From NCBI GenBank assembly GCA_030390025.1, contig CM059441.1:67208001-67272000 (forward strand): 64,000 nt of DNA, in the 5' to 3' direction. The notes below the pieces were generated by a model that was given only the letters and a program-made list of their open reading frames with translations, made no database searches and was not told where the DNA came from. Below, piece by piece: positions 34,201 through 49,200 of the stretch. Made by a program: the position numbers and the translations under genes. The stretch is from Squalus acanthias. Taxonomy: Eukaryota. Position 1 is the first letter of the stretch. Every line of letters begins with the position of its first letter.

Positions 34201-37200
34201 GATGGAAACCTTTTTTTTCCAGTATCTTGCATATTGTAGCTCAATGGAACAGGTATACTGTACAGCTGGTGTGTTCTACATATACAGTAAGTGGACTGTG
34301 CTGTCAGCTATGCATGCTATGGAGGTGCTATTCATCTATTCTTAGTGCAGCTTCTGGATCAAGTGGTAAGTGACTTTTGAGGAAAGGAGAAATTAGCAGT
34401 TACCTTAATGGTTCTGGCCAAATCTAGAAGGTCACAGATGGTGAGGGAGAACTGGCTGTGTTGTTGGAGGATGTGCTTTTGCCTTCTCGCTCTCATTCCT
34501 TAAGCTCCAAATATTTTCTACACATTCTTCCTTCTCCCTGCCTGCTTGCTTCAGGTGCAGCAGGCGGTGAAGAAGGCAAATGGTATGTTGGCCTTCATAG
34601 CGAGAGGGTTTGAGTATAGGAACAGGGATGTCCTGCTGCAGTTGTACAGGGCCTTGGTGAGACCATACCTTGAGTACTGTGTACAGTTTTGGTCGCCTTA
34701 TCTGAGGAAGGATGTTCTTGCCATGGAAGGAGTTCAGCGAAGATTCACAAGGCTGATACCTGGGATGGCAGGAATGACATATGAGGAGAGATTGGGTCGA
34801 TTGGGCTTGTACTCACTGGAGTATAGAAGAATGAGAGGGGATCTCATTGAAACATATAAAATTCTGACAGGTCTGGACAAACTAGATGCAGGAAGAATGT
34901 TCCCGATGGTCGGAGAGTCCAGAACCAGGGGTCATAATCTAAGGATAACGGGGTAAGCCATTTAGGACAGAAATGAGGAGGAATTTCTTCACCCAGAGAG
35001 TGGTGAACCTGTGGAATTCTCTACCACAGAAGGTAGTTGAGGCCGAGTCATTAAATATATTCAAGAATGAGTTAGATATATTTCTTAAAGCTAAAGGTAT
35101 CAAGGGATATGGGGAGAAGGCAGGTACAGGGTACTGAGTTTGGATGATCAGCCATGATCGCATCGAATGGCGGAGCAGGCTCGAGGGGCCGAATGGCCTA
35201 CTCCTGCTCCTATCTTCTATGTTTCTATATGTTTCATTGAAATCCAGACTCCTTGCACCCTGTCTTACATTTAATTCATTTTTTCCCATTAATTTGAAAC
35301 TGTGCACCTCCTCACCACCCTCAGTCTTCCTTCTGTTACAATCTGCAGGCTTTTAAACCCAATCTCTGTTCCATCTAATCATTACAAGATGGTTTCATTG
35401 TGCAGGACACCAGCAAAGGAAACTGAACTTGAGCTGTGGCCCTTCACCGAGGTGTCTACATTATTTTTTAAACGGTGCGATTAGCTGGGGTAGTAATAGA
35501 TTCAGCTTTTGAACTGTTTAGAAAAGTTAAGTCGCTTCCCTCATACGCTGCAATGGGAGCTGCAACTGCTGGTTTCCTTTTAGACCTGCTGATCTGAAAG
35601 TATGAGATCCATGTAACATATTAGATGAGGCAGACTGCACTCCAACAACAACTTATATTTATACAGTGCCTTTAACTTAGTAAAACATCCTAAGGTGCTT
35701 CACAGGAGTATTGAGACACAAAATTTGACACTGAGCCACATAAGGAGAAATTAGGGCAGATGACCAAAAGCTTAGGTTTTAAGAAGCATCTTAAAGGAGG
35801 AAAGAGAGGTTTGGGGAGGGAATTGCAGAGTTTGGGGCCTGGGGGTGTCAATTGTGGGGCTGGAGGAGGTTAGAGATCGGGAGGGGTGAGGCCATAGGTA
35901 AGAATTTTGAAATAGAGATGTTGCTTAACCAGGAGCCAATGTAGGTCAGTGAGCACAGGGGAGATGGGCGAACAGGACTTGGTGCAAGTTAGGACATGGG
36001 CAGCTGAGTTTTGGATGACAAGTTTACGTAGGGTAGAATGTGGGAGGCCATCCAAGAGTGTGTTGGAATAATCAAGTCTAGGGGTAACAAAGGCATGGAT
36101 GAGGGTTTCAGCAACAGATGAGTTGAGGCAAGGGCGGAGACTGACGATATTACGGAGGTGGAAATAGGCGGTCTTCATTATGGCATGGATATTTGGTCCG
36201 AAGTTCAGTTCAGGGTCAAATGACACCCAAGGTTGCTAACAGTCTGGTTCAGTCTCAGACAGATGCTAGGGCGTGGGGTGGATTCAGTAGCTAGGGAATG
36301 GAGTTTGTGGCGGGGGCCAAAGACAATGGCTTCGGTCTACCCAATATTTAATTGGAGAAAATTTCTGCTCGTATCTAACAATTTAGAGACCGTGGAGGGG
36401 TCGAGAGAAGTGGTGGTGAGGTAGAGCTGAGTGTTGACAGCGTACATTTGGAAACTGACGCTGTGTTTTCGGTTAATGATGTCGCCGAGGGGCAGATGTA
36501 GATGAGAAATAGGAGGAGGGGGCCAAGGATAGTGTTTTGGTGCTTAAAAATGCCTCTGGATTTGACCCTTCCTGATGCTGTTGCATGTTTGTTTCTACTA
36601 CAGTTTGCAGTCACCCCGCTGTGCTGTCCAAGTCGCAGTGCCATCTTGACTGGGAAGTATCCACATAATCACCTGGTGCGCAACAACTCGCTAACTGGAA
36701 ACTGCAGCAGCGTGAACTGGCAGAAGGTTATGGAGCCACAGGTCTTCTCTGTCTACTTGAAGAATCGAGGATACCAGACCTTCTATGCAGGCAAATACCT
36801 CAATAAGGTAACTTGGTTTGAACCAAAGGAACTGTCTCATGTGTTCTGGAATGGGTTAGTCTGACAACGTGCCACTTCATTTCAATGAATGTTCTCTCCA
36901 GGGCTCCCTGGACAATTTAGTTGGTTAAAGCAGGAATGTCCAAGGCTCCATCTCCTGATCAGTACTGAGTTGGCCGATTTCAGTTGGGGTGGTGGTGGTA
37001 GCAGGCTACGGTTGGTCTCTAGTGCCCCTAGTCTTGAGAGGAAAATTAGTTAGGGTTTGTATCCTGCGACTCCTGCTGAAAGTGCACTTGTGTGTGGGTG
37101 AGGACGAGATTTGGTTTGCCGTGAGTTCTCTCCACTAATCCAATCTCCCCTCATGGTCGAATAGCTTGCTGACACTTCCTATCTCGGCTCATGCTTGAAG

Positions 37201-40200
37201 GCTGGCCACTTGTGTGAAAGACTGGAGGGTGCCTGGCACCGGTGGAACCTTACCCCAGCATAGGTCAGTCTCTTCAGTTGTGGAGGGAGGAAAAGTGGCA
37301 GAAAAATTATAATATAAAATGAAGGCTATCTGTGGCTGCGGATGGCTGTAATCTTGGGGCATTGGTGGTGTAGTGTGTTGGAAGGGGTCAGGTTAAATCC
37401 CTGATTCAATGAGCTTTAAAGTCCTCCACAATGAAGAAATTCTACCTATTAAATTGTCAGCATCTTCAGCGCATGAAGAGTGATGAGCAAAGGCTCATAA
37501 ACCAAGCCCCTTGCTTATAAATATTGAGCAGATCAAACCGTGCAAATATTTGTCATGAACTGGTTGGGTAATCAAACATTTGAAGATGTTGGTTGCATTG
37601 TCAGTGATTCACTGTGTACTGAGGGTGGGGTGAATTGCTGCAGTTTGTACATCTCTTGGGGGGGAGAGGTGTTTAAATATCCCAACACTATTGTGTGCAC
37701 TTTGTCCTGGAGTTGGTCAAATGACCTGTTTAACTAAGGTGGATTAATCTCCTTATTGACACACAGGTCATCTACTGGCCTCGCTCATGGTGGTCTGCAC
37801 CCCCCCCCCCCCCCCACTTTGATCTGAGAGATATCACTGGAGTAATGAATAACGATGCGATTTGCTTTGGAATCTTTGCAACACTCCTCACCCCCATTCG
37901 TAAATGTTTAACTTCAAAGGCTGTCTGTGTAGGATATAGTAATTACTTTTAAAACACAAATGCAATTTAGAAGTAATCTGAAATCTAAACCTGGCTGTAA
38001 ACTCTACGCTCTTCAATGCCACAAGAAGATGGGAATGAAAAGGCCATTCTGCTAACTGACCAGTTACTTGGGTCTTCTTACAAGCCCCACCAGATTCTTC
38101 CCTCCTGCAATATTCTTCAGCCAGTAAATTATTCTTAACGCAGCAGATTATCTGTAAATTGCTGCTTAATCTTGAACCTTGTCCAGTCTGGCTGTAATGC
38201 AAGATTGATTGGGATGGCAATGGGCAGGGTGAGATATTTGATGTCTCCATCTGTAAGTGCTAAATTTTATGTTCACCTTTGCATCGCAGTTGAAACCATT
38301 GTCCCAGATAAATGTTGTGGTGATGGTTAAGGGGGAGATGGGGGGAAAATGTATGAATATTCTCTTCCTTTTCTTGCACCCCCCCCCCCCCCCCCCCCCC
38401 CACAAACAATCCACCAGGATGTCAGCACATAATAATGCTATTCATTCAAGCCTTTAAATAAACCAGTTTCTACAAAAGAGGGAAGATTTGTCTCTGCAGA
38501 CATCAAGGATGGTCTGGTGTTCATTTCCCAATGCTGTGACAGAAGCTAGTCACCCAGCTAAAGAATTTCAAGCCAATCTTTCTATATTGCTGATTTTGAA
38601 TTTTTTTTTGACAGTATGGGCATCCTACAGTTGGTGGAACGGCCCACGTCCCCATGGGCTGGGATCACTGGAATGGACTGGTAAGTCACGAGTTGTCTTT
38701 GTTTAGTTGGGAGATTGTTTGTTTGAAAGGTTCCATAAATTGGCTAAATCGCTTTTGAAATCATCAGTCACTAAAAATCGGGTCTTTGGCCTTCAGCCAT
38801 CATGGATTGGCACTCTGAGAATCTTTCTAAACTTTCCCTTCTCTGAAATTTTGAAACTCTACTCAACCTATATCGTTGACCTATCTTTTAGTCACCGCCC
38901 TAAACTTCTAACATCTGTTTGGTGGTGCTAGTTCCTCCTCTTCTTTCTCCAACCCCCATCCTCCTGTGAGGAGCTTTGGGACATTTCAGTTTGTTGAAGA
39001 CTACACAAGTGCGAGTTCTCCATTATTGCTTCAATAATTGCCTGTCCTTTTTGGAGTGAAAAATTCTTGCTATTAATGTCAGTATGTTCAATAAATAGCA
39101 GAGGTGACTGAAATTTACAATAACTTGCTGGCAGAATGCCTCTCCTCTCCATACTTGTCAGTATGTTCAATAAATAGCAGAGGTGACTGAAATTTACAAT
39201 AACTTGCTGGCAGAATGCCTCTCCTCTCCATACTTGCCAATGTGGAAAACCAGCAAACTAACTGATGGCTACAAAAACAGACCTATTGCAAGTATATATA
39301 CAAAGCATTGTAAAGGTGCAGTTTCCTCAACATTTCATCATTTGTATTGTGGAAGATTGTGAAAAAAAATTCAGGGATTTTCTCTCCTTGGGGGAAAAAA
39401 TTGCAGGCTGTTGTGGCAATATATTGTACCCTTGTTTCTACAGCTGATTTTGTTAAATATATTTGTCCTATATAGCTGCCTCCCCCTTTCCCTCCATTCA
39501 CACTTGCCCCATCCCTCCACTCCTACTGATGATGCCGTGGGAGGGATGGATTTCTGCTGCACACTACGGTTGGAGTCCCGAGGGGCAGACCCAGCAATGA
39601 CCATGACATCAGTCTGCACAAACTGACCCCGAACATACTGATGGTTGCCATGTGTCAGTCTCTGCAGATGCTTTCATTTTATTCAGACCAGTTATTGTAC
39701 AATCTGGCAGTATCTGAACTGTTTTAATGCCACTTATTGTAAGCAGTGCTTCATTCTCATGAGCAACACTTGCAGCTACTTGTGGTGTAAACTTCTGGCT
39801 CCACTTGTCCTGGTACTAAGCCCAAGAGGAAGCCTTTGCAAAGAATGCTGCCAACTTGCCACTTTTTGTCTAACCAACTTAGCCACTCTTCCATCCCAAT
39901 AAGTTAATTGACTCCTGAAAATCAACTGAAGTAGACTTTTTTAATCCTTTGATATATTTGTGCCAGTCGCCACCTAGTCGTCTTAAGCATGTGATGATTG
40001 ATTGTTACTGACATTGGAAGTGGAAGCTGTGGATGATTTTTGGGTTTAATAAATTTGATAAGCAGGCAGCTCAATGGTGAAATACATTCTGTCCTTCAGA
40101 GATAAACTGTGGTTCCTCTTTCCAATCTTTATCTTCTGTATATTGATTCATTCTATCAAATTAAGTATGATAAATAGGAAACCAATTTAACTAAATATAA

Positions 40201-43200
40201 GATGTGTTGGGATTCAGTCTCAATTTATCAAACAGTGTGACTAGTACAAGGACTCAACGATTCAGATTAAATGTTTGAACAGAGGTATTATATTAAAAAA
40301 AAATGGTTTTACACCTATGGAAAAATCCACATCCTCTAGGAAGCCTCTAAAATTGCTCATTCGTCCACAGTAGCCACCTGCCCATTGTATCTCAATGGGT
40401 CTATGCTAAGCCTGTAATGCCAGAGACCTCAAAGGCCCATCCAAGCACTCCAGCCCGTACTCGCACTCCTGATACAGGGGCTGATGGGTTGTGGCATCAA
40501 ATATCACCCTCCGATGCAGAGTATCTCCCTAATGGTATAGAACAGACCCATGTCCCTTGAGTTACTGCCAACAGCAATGATGGTGTGGATTAGCAAGTTG
40601 CCCTGTTCCTTGGGTATGGCCAAAATGATTATCCAGGAGCGAAATGAGGAAATGTTTGGGTGTCTGGAATCTTTCAGATCATCATCTTGACTGAAAGGGA
40701 ATGGTTTTTTCTCAACAAAGTGACCTCTAGTGCAATTTTCTTCTGCAGGTGGGAAACTCAAAATATTACAACTACACTCTGTCTGTTAATGGTGCAGCTG
40801 AAAAACACGGAGACAGCTACCAAAAGGACTACCTGACCGACCTCATAGTAAGACGCATTTACTCCTGAAGTCTGTTAAATCACAGTGTTAAATGAACTGA
40901 TTGTTGATGCTGAAGAACTATCTGGGCTTCTGCAGAATTTTACTGTTAAACTCTCTAAGCAGTACAGGCAGTGCAACAAAACTGTAACCTTTACTCGGAA
41001 TAAGATCTGTTGCATCTATTTTGATGAAACCTAATCTGTGGTATCGGATGTTCTCATTTGTAAGATTGCACAATGAGCTGTTGGCTCGAGTACCCTGGGG
41101 AATATTTTCATTGTGAATATTTGCCAGATTTGGATGGTGGAATATTGAAAGAAATTGTGTGCTTGGCTAAAGCTTCTTTAAGATGAATGAGTTGTTGGAG
41201 TGTTTCTTCTTTTTGGGCAGTCCCTGGGAACCGAGGATGACTTGCTTCCGCACTAAAAATGAGTTCTCAGGTGACTGAGTCCAATGCAGGACCTACAGTC
41301 TGTCACAGGTGGGGCAGACGGTGGTTGAAGGGGCGGGTGGGTGGGGTGCTTGGCTTGATGTGCGCTCCTTCCGCTGTTTGCGCTTGGCTTCCGCTTGCTC
41401 CCGGCAAAGAGACTGTGTTCAGCACCTTCCCGGATGCTTCTCCTCCTCTTTGTGCAGTCTTGGGCCAGGGATTCCCAGGTGTCAGTGGGGATGTTCTGAG
41501 GGTGTCCTTGAAGCATTTCCTCTGCCCACCTGGGGCTCTCCTGGAGTGTTTACCCTTGTGCTTCCAGGCATAATGATGGGACAGTCCAGCTCCTTGTGGA
41601 CCTGATTACAAAACAATGGTCTTGACACTGTTTAAAATTGGGTCAATGAAATACTGTGGGGTTTTTTTAGTAGTTAGGTGGGTTTTGTCATTCATCCTTA
41701 GCTTGCACATCTACCCATCTGAGTAAAGGTCTTCTGGGAGCCATTAAATCTACATGAGGTGGGTTTGAATTGTGTATCTTTCCCACCGGAACTAGTCAGT
41801 CTCAAACTGTCACCAGAAAGGTGGGATGGCTTTCAATGTTGCCAGTTGGCTGTCCAATTTTGAGCACGGAGAGAACTTTCACCCAGTGTGAATCTTTCCC
41901 TGTTCTGCGTGCTGGAGGACATGACTGTTTGTTTGTTTCAACTGAAATACTTGGAAAGTTTTTTTTTTTGGAGGGTGGGTGGGGGTAAGAATTAGTTGTT
42001 AAACTGCTTGAGCTACAGAGAAGGAGCACGTTAACAATACATACAGCACATAAAGGTTTTGCCTGTGTGTGTGGCAGGATTGTGCTGTTTGGATATTGCA
42101 TCAGCTACAATCTATAGGGAGAGTTCAATAAAGCAAAATACTGCAGGTGCCAGAAATCTGACTGCAGCGTCTGGAGAGGAAGGCAGGATTCACACTTCAG
42201 GGTTCTGACGAAAGGTCATTTATCTGAAACGTTAAACCTGTCTTCCCTCCACATGCTACCTGACGTGAGTATTTTCAGTTTGTATTTACTAATCAGTGTT
42301 CCAAAGTAGAAAAGTTTGTCTGATTGTGCAACTGATTGCCTCTGTTCTTTGTGTACAGGCGAACCGCTCTATCGAATTTCTGCAGTCCAGGAAGCGCAGC
42401 GCTCCATTTTTCATGATGCTGGCGACTTCAGCCTGCCATTCTCCCTGGACTGAAGCTCCCCGGTACAGCAAGTCCTACAACAGCATCAAAGCCCCGCGCC
42501 ATGGAAGTTTCAATGTTCATGGGAAGGTGAGTACACAGGAGCAGGAGGAGGCCACTTAGCCCCTCGAGCCTGTCCTGCCATTCAATGAGATCATGGCTGA
42601 TCTGTAACCTACATCCATATACCTGCCTTTGCCCCATATCCCTTAATGCTTTTGGTTAACAATTTTAAATCAGAGTGATAAATTTAACAATTGATCTAGC
42701 ATCAATTGCAGTTTGTGCAAGAGTGTTCCAAACTCCTACCACCCTTTGTGTGTAGAAGTGTTTCCTAATTTCACTCCTGAAAGGTCTGGCTCTAATTTTT
42801 AGACTATGCCCCCTAGTCCTAGACTCCCCAACCAGTGGAAATAGTTTCTCTCTACCCTATCTGTTCCCCTTAATATCTTAAACTTGGCTCAAATCACCCC
42901 TTAATCTTCTAAATTCGAGGGAATACAACCCTAATTTGTGCAATCTCTCATAATTTAACCCTTGAAATCCAGCTATCATTCTGGTAAGTCTACGGTGCAC
43001 TCCCTCCAAGGCCAATCTATCCTCCCTAAGATGTGGTGCCCAGAACTGCTCACAGTGCTCCAGGTGTGGTCTAACCAGGATTTTGTACAGCTGCAGCATA
43101 ACTTCTACCCCCTTGTACTCTAGTCCTCCAGATATAAAGACCAGCAGCCCAATAGTTTTTTGATTATTTTCTGTATATGTTCATGATATTTTAATGATCC

Positions 43201-46200
43201 TATGCAGGATGTTGTGCAGCTTTGCATGAGTCTGATCTGCAAGATCTTTAGAGCAGAGAAAGTTAAGGGGAGATTTAAGAGGCGTTCAAAATTTTGAAGG
43301 GTTTTGATAGTGTAGATCGGGAGAATAGAATGCAAGAACAGGCTATGCGGCCCTTCGAGCCTGCTCCGCCATTCAATAAGATCGTGGCTCATCATCGACC
43401 TCAACTCTACTTTCCCGCCTGATCTCCATATCCCTTGATTCCCCATGAGTCCAAAAATCTATCTATCTCTCTCTATCACAGCCTTGAATATACTCAAAGA
43501 CTCAGCATGCACAGCCCTCTGGGGCAGAGAATTCCAAGGATTCACAACCCTCTGAGTGAAGAAATTCCTCCTCATCTCAGTCTTAAATGGCCTACCCCGT
43601 ATCCTGAGACTATGCCCCCTAGTTCTAGACACTCCAGCCAGGGGAAACAACCTCTCAGCATCTACCCTTCAGAATCTTGTATGTTTCAATGAGATCACCT
43701 CTCATTCTTCTAAACTCCAGAGTATAGGCCCATTCTACACAATCTCTCATCATAGGACAGCCCTCTCATCCCAGGAATCAATCTAGTGAACCTTTGTTGC
43801 ACCGCCTCCAAGGCAAGTATATCCTTCCTTAGATAAAGAGACCAAAACTGTGCACAGCACTCCAGGTGTGGTCTCACCAAGGCCCTGTACAATTGTAGCA
43901 AGACTTCCTTACTCTTGTACTCCAACCCCCTTGCAATAAAGGCCAACATGCCATTTGCCTTCCTAATTGCTTGCTGTACCTACGTGCTAGCTTTCTGTGT
44001 TTCTTGCACGAGGACACCCAAATCTCTCTGAACACCATTTAAAAAAATATATATATTTTTCTACCTACCAAAGTGAATAACCTCATTTCCCTACATTATA
44101 CGCCATCTGCTACCTTACTGCCCACTCACTTAGTCTATCTCTATCCCTTTGCAGACTTTGTGTTCTCAAAAGGTCTGTTGGCTACTGGCGCCACCTAGTG
44201 GTGTTTACTGATCCTCACATTTTAAAAGCGACTCCGTATTGTGCCAGCTGCTTTCACAAGCAAAAAGGAATTTAAAAAAGTCAGAAAATAGTGAAACACA
44301 GCAGATTAGTCAGCATCTGAGAAAGGTCAGGGCAATGACCTTTACTGCCAGTGTTTCATGGACTTCCATGAACACTGGCAGTAAAGCGCATTGCCCTGAC
44401 CTTTCTCAGATGCTGACTAATCTGCTGTGTTTCACTATTTTCTGACTTTTTTTAAATTCCTTTTTGCTTGTGAAAGCAGCTGGCACAATACGGAGTCGCT
44501 TTTAAAATGTGAGGATCAGTAAATGCCACTAGGTGGTGCCAGTAGCTAACAGACCTTTTTGAGTCTGATGGCTTTAACACCAACTAGTCATCAGAACTGA
44601 CATCTAACTTTAACTTTCTAAAGCTTCTGCATGTGCTGGAAGTGTAGCTGATTCTGTGCAGAGGAGACTGTCTCAACTTCTAAAATAAATGGCCTCTTTT
44701 GTGTTAGTTTTACAAACTGGCTTGATGGGTAGTCCTAGGACTTGTGATTAGTGTTCACATTGATGGGCTGGGAGCTCAAAGTAATATCCTGGGCAAACTA
44801 TGACTGCAGCTGAGCCTCATCTGCACTTGCAATGCTGTTCGTTCTCTTCCCACAGGATAAACACTGGCTGCTCCGACAAGCTAAAACCCCCATGAAGAAC
44901 ACTTCCATCGCATTCCTGGACAATGCTTTCAGAAGAAGGTATGCGGATGCACTCACGTTTCAAAATCTGAGCCTGTCGTAGACTGGCTGGTACAGTGGGT
45001 TAGACACCGGCTTTTCCCCCTCCAGGATTGGGGTTTAAATTAGTCCGGACAGATGGGAAGCAAATCATTTCTAGCTGTTAGATGGTGGGGGCGGAGGGGA
45101 CGTCTGCTGGAGTTTCAGCCTTGCTCAGGGGCCCATAGCAAAAACAACTATTGCTAAATTAGCTCATTCACTCAGGCTGGTGTGGCATTTCCATTTCTCA
45201 CTGATGCAGTAGACCGTGTTTTTCTGATTGTTGCGGCAGAATAGAGGGAAATTATCTCTGCGTCTAACTGTGCTACACCTGATCTTTGCAACAGTTAAAT
45301 ATACAACTATGGATCCTAGAAGTCAGATGGTCTGTATTGAAATCAGAAAATGTGGATCAGCAGTATTTTCTGTTGAGTCATTAACTTCACTTCATTTTGA
45401 AATCATGAATCCTAACTAAAGCTGTAACAACCTGGCTGCTGATTAAATTATATTTTAAGTGCTCCATTTTGAACACTTTCCTGGTTTAAACACAATAGTT
45501 TTGTGAAACAAAAGCTATTAAGGGTATGTTTGTATTTGCAATCTACAGTGAGTTTGACAATAGTTTATCAAAGTGTGGCTTTAAGTATTTTGTCCCAAAG
45601 AATTTGGTGTTCAGTTCCCTGGCAAAGGGGTGAGCAGTGCAGAATCGTAAGGTACAAACTCCAAATTAAATCGGAAGTAGGTCCTGTATTTAGTTATTGC
45701 AACAGTATTGACTGTGACTCATATGTAAGAATGGGACATTACATCAGCAACTTGCTTATATAACTGACCAGGGTGGCGCAGAGCATCTGTACTGATGCAA
45801 TTATTGAGCTGCTGGTTTCGTGATGCTGTGAGTTGCAGATAATGGGCGGTTTAACCTGAGATCTCAATGGCTTGAGGAGAGTAGGTTGTAATGTTGACCA
45901 CTGTAGAATTTAAGTTGTTTTGTAGTGGCGTTCAAATCTATTTAAATAAAAAAAGAATGACACAATGGAGTGGGACTAATTGAATAGCCCACGGGCACGA
46001 TGGACCGAATGGCCTCCTTCTGTGCTGTATCATTCTGATTCTGTGACATTACTGCAGTGCTTTGGTGCTCTAGTTGCCTTAGATGAAAAATGTGATTTCA
46101 TCGTGTAGTAAAGCTGTGTGCTGTGGATGGGGTGTGTGCACATGTTTTCATTAAGTGTACTTCAAGCAGAAAGCAAACCCACCTTGTGTCTATTCAACTT

Positions 46201-49200
46201 GCCAACCAGCAAAGATTGTTTTTAATTGGGTTCTGTTGCTCTCAGCTTGCTGTACATGTGCACGGCAGGAGAGCACGTACAAGCTGTGTCACTGTTGTAA
46301 AGCGGTTTAGATGTCCTACTTGTGATGTAACTGATGTATGGAGTGAGACTGTGCTTTTTACAAACCTCACCATGAGGAGGATCCCTTTAAATAGGTTACT
46401 GCAAAGCACAGCTGTGCCGATATAGTCTGTTGTGTTTTGTAAGGGCCCCGCACTTGAATTTATATCTGGCTAGTTCAGTCAACGGTGTGTTTCACTCACC
46501 CATCCATACAAACTAACGCAGTCACTCACTGTTGCAAGCTGAACCCCGAGTCGCTGTGCAACCTCTTGTACGGAATTGTTGGAGTATGGAATGCCTTGCC
46601 ACTGACCATTACATTTTTTTAGAAAAGTGAATAAGTATTAAAAGCAGAGGAAGATATTGGGCTATGGGGAAATAATGAGTGAGATTAGTTTTGAATTGTT
46701 CTAGCACAAGAGTTGGTACAGTCACTGAGGGGAATTTTAACCCCCCAGGATGGGTTAAAAATCTCTAGCCCACAAGGGGGGGGTTGGGTGGAGGGAAACA
46801 GTAAAATCTTTAAGGAGACTGTGTGCTTCCATTTTAACAGTATTTTTATTTTTAACCCATGGCGGCCATGTTTCCCGGGCTCTGGAATCCTTACAGGTAA
46901 AAGAAGACAGTCCATGAGGTAAGTGCATTTACAGCACTGCTTGTGGGCCAGGAGGAGCAGGAGTGTTTCTTCCCGACCCAACAAGCTAACCTCTTTACAC
47001 CCCGAGATCAGTCGCGGGCGCCCCCCCCCCCCCCCCCCCCCCAGATTTCCAACTTACCTGATATCTGCTGCCTGACTCGACAGCCAGCCTGTCGATCAAG
47101 AATTTAAAAGACTTGCTGCGATTAATTTCTGCAGGATGTCTGGCAAACCCTTGCTTCTGGTTTTCCCATCTGGAAATCTTCACGACCTGAGAAAATACCG
47201 AGGCCAATGGTCGAACAAGTGGTTAGGATTTGGAATGCACTGCCTGATAGGGTGGGGGAAACTGATTCAATAGCAGCTTTCGAAAGGGAATTTGATAAAT
47301 ACTTGAAGGGGGGATTAAAAAAAACTGCAGGGATATGGAGAAAGCGCAGGGGAGTGGGACCAACTGGATTATTCTTCGAAAGAGCTGGCGCAGACTCGAT
47401 GGGCCGAATAGCCTCCTTCTGTGCTGTATGATTCTATGAATGGCCTCCATCTGTGCTCTTGTTTCATGGAAACTGCTGCATTTCCTCCTGTTCCCTGTAG
47501 GTGGCAGACTCTGCTCTCTGTGGATGATCTGGTGGAGAAGGTGATCAATAAACTGGGGGAAGTGAAAGAGCTCAACAACACATACATCTTCTATACATCT
47601 GACAACGGCTATCACACAGGTGCGTCTGGGAGTAAAGCCTTTGCAGCATTGCTGATCCAGTTCCATTTATTTTTCCATTAATGTCGGGCTGTAGTTTGAC
47701 TCCACTAACTGCACTGAAGTGTTTGTTAAATGCTTGGACTTTTATCATCTCTTGTCTTATCCATCGTTCCCGATGGTCTTGTAACGAGTGTGAAGACCTC
47801 CTCTTTGATGGTGAATGTGACGTCTGACCATTCACATGGCATTATATTGGAGCAGATCTGTGCTGTGCGAATGTTGCTGAAGTCTTCTGCTTGGACTTGC
47901 CTCGTTTACCCAGTCCACACCTCCCTGAATAAGGATTTGGCTCCGAAATGTGGACGCAGCTAACGGAGAATGTTTTAAATAAGAAAGTTTCCTTCTGTTG
48001 TGAACAAAGTGCTGTCGCAGTCCATGGAGAGTTTCAAACCTGAGCTGAGAGGAATTATTCTTCACCATTGGTGTGGACAGGTAGCCTCTTTGGCCTTTTA
48101 ACAGCTGGTTTGAGTGCAGCAGGAGTTCAGTGAGTGGCTTATGATGGTTCTCTTTTCCCCAACTCCTCCTCCTCTCTTTCCCCCCCCCCCAAACATTTTT
48201 CCCTTTCCATCTGTGAGGCAGATGTCGAGCTGACTGCAGGTAAGATTGGGAATTGCCATGGTGGGAATAATGTGGGCAGAATCATTGTCCTGTCACTCAT
48301 GATTCATGCTGTGAAATAAGATCGCACCCTCTGTGGGCCCCACAGATTGACACTTGCTGCAGTTTCACTGCAATTTTTCAAGGCATACCTGGCAAGTTTA
48401 TACAGAGGGAATCCTGTTTGGGAGAGGGAGCATTCAACGGCCGCTATTGACACTTACGGCTTCTGTTTACAGGGCAGTTCTCTCTCCCCATTGACAAACG
48501 GCAGCTTTACGAGTTCGATATCCGGGTGCCGTTGCTGGTCCGTGGTCCGGGCATCAAACCCAAACAGACCGTGAAGGTATGTGTTCACTCCTAACGAGGC
48601 ACTTAAAACCTCTGTCGACACATGAATTGAGTCAGGCTGCATGACCCATCTACAAACCCAGCTATTGGGCTGTAGCAATCATTGAACCTGGATACCTAAA
48701 AGGAAACATTCATTTTAATAAAAAGAGCTTGCATTTACATAACACCTTTCATGGCCTCGGGCTATCCTAATGCACTCCACAGGCAGTAAAACACTTTTTA
48801 AGTGCAGTCACTAGGGAAATGCAGCAGAGAGTTTGTGCGCAGCAAGATCTCGCAAATAGCGATGTGATAAGTGACCAGGTAAGGTGTTTTCTGTGGTGTT
48901 GGCTGACTCGGATTGGGGAGGGGTAAATAACGCCCAGAAACAAGATCGCACATACCATGGTGCAGTTCTTCTTCTAGGTTGTTTTGCTTTGTACTGTAAT
49001 TGGGAAGAAGTTAGCCATGCAGCTGAATTCCATCCTTTTTATCTACTTTGTACAGGAACCCATACTGAATATAGACCTGGCCCCCACCTTCTTAAATATC
49101 GCTGGATATGATGTATTGGAAAGCATGGATGGCAGCTCTTTCCTTCCCCTCATGGTGCGTGCAATGAGCAGTTGTAAGAAATTCTCTTTTTTCTCTCATT

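Noticed and set aside
40465-40490. DTGAD peptide on the plus strand as a possible displaced retroviral protease
   Set aside because: It is preceded by RTP rather than hydrophobic residues, has no downstream ILG-D motif and lies in a short stop-bounded frame, so it is a chance match.
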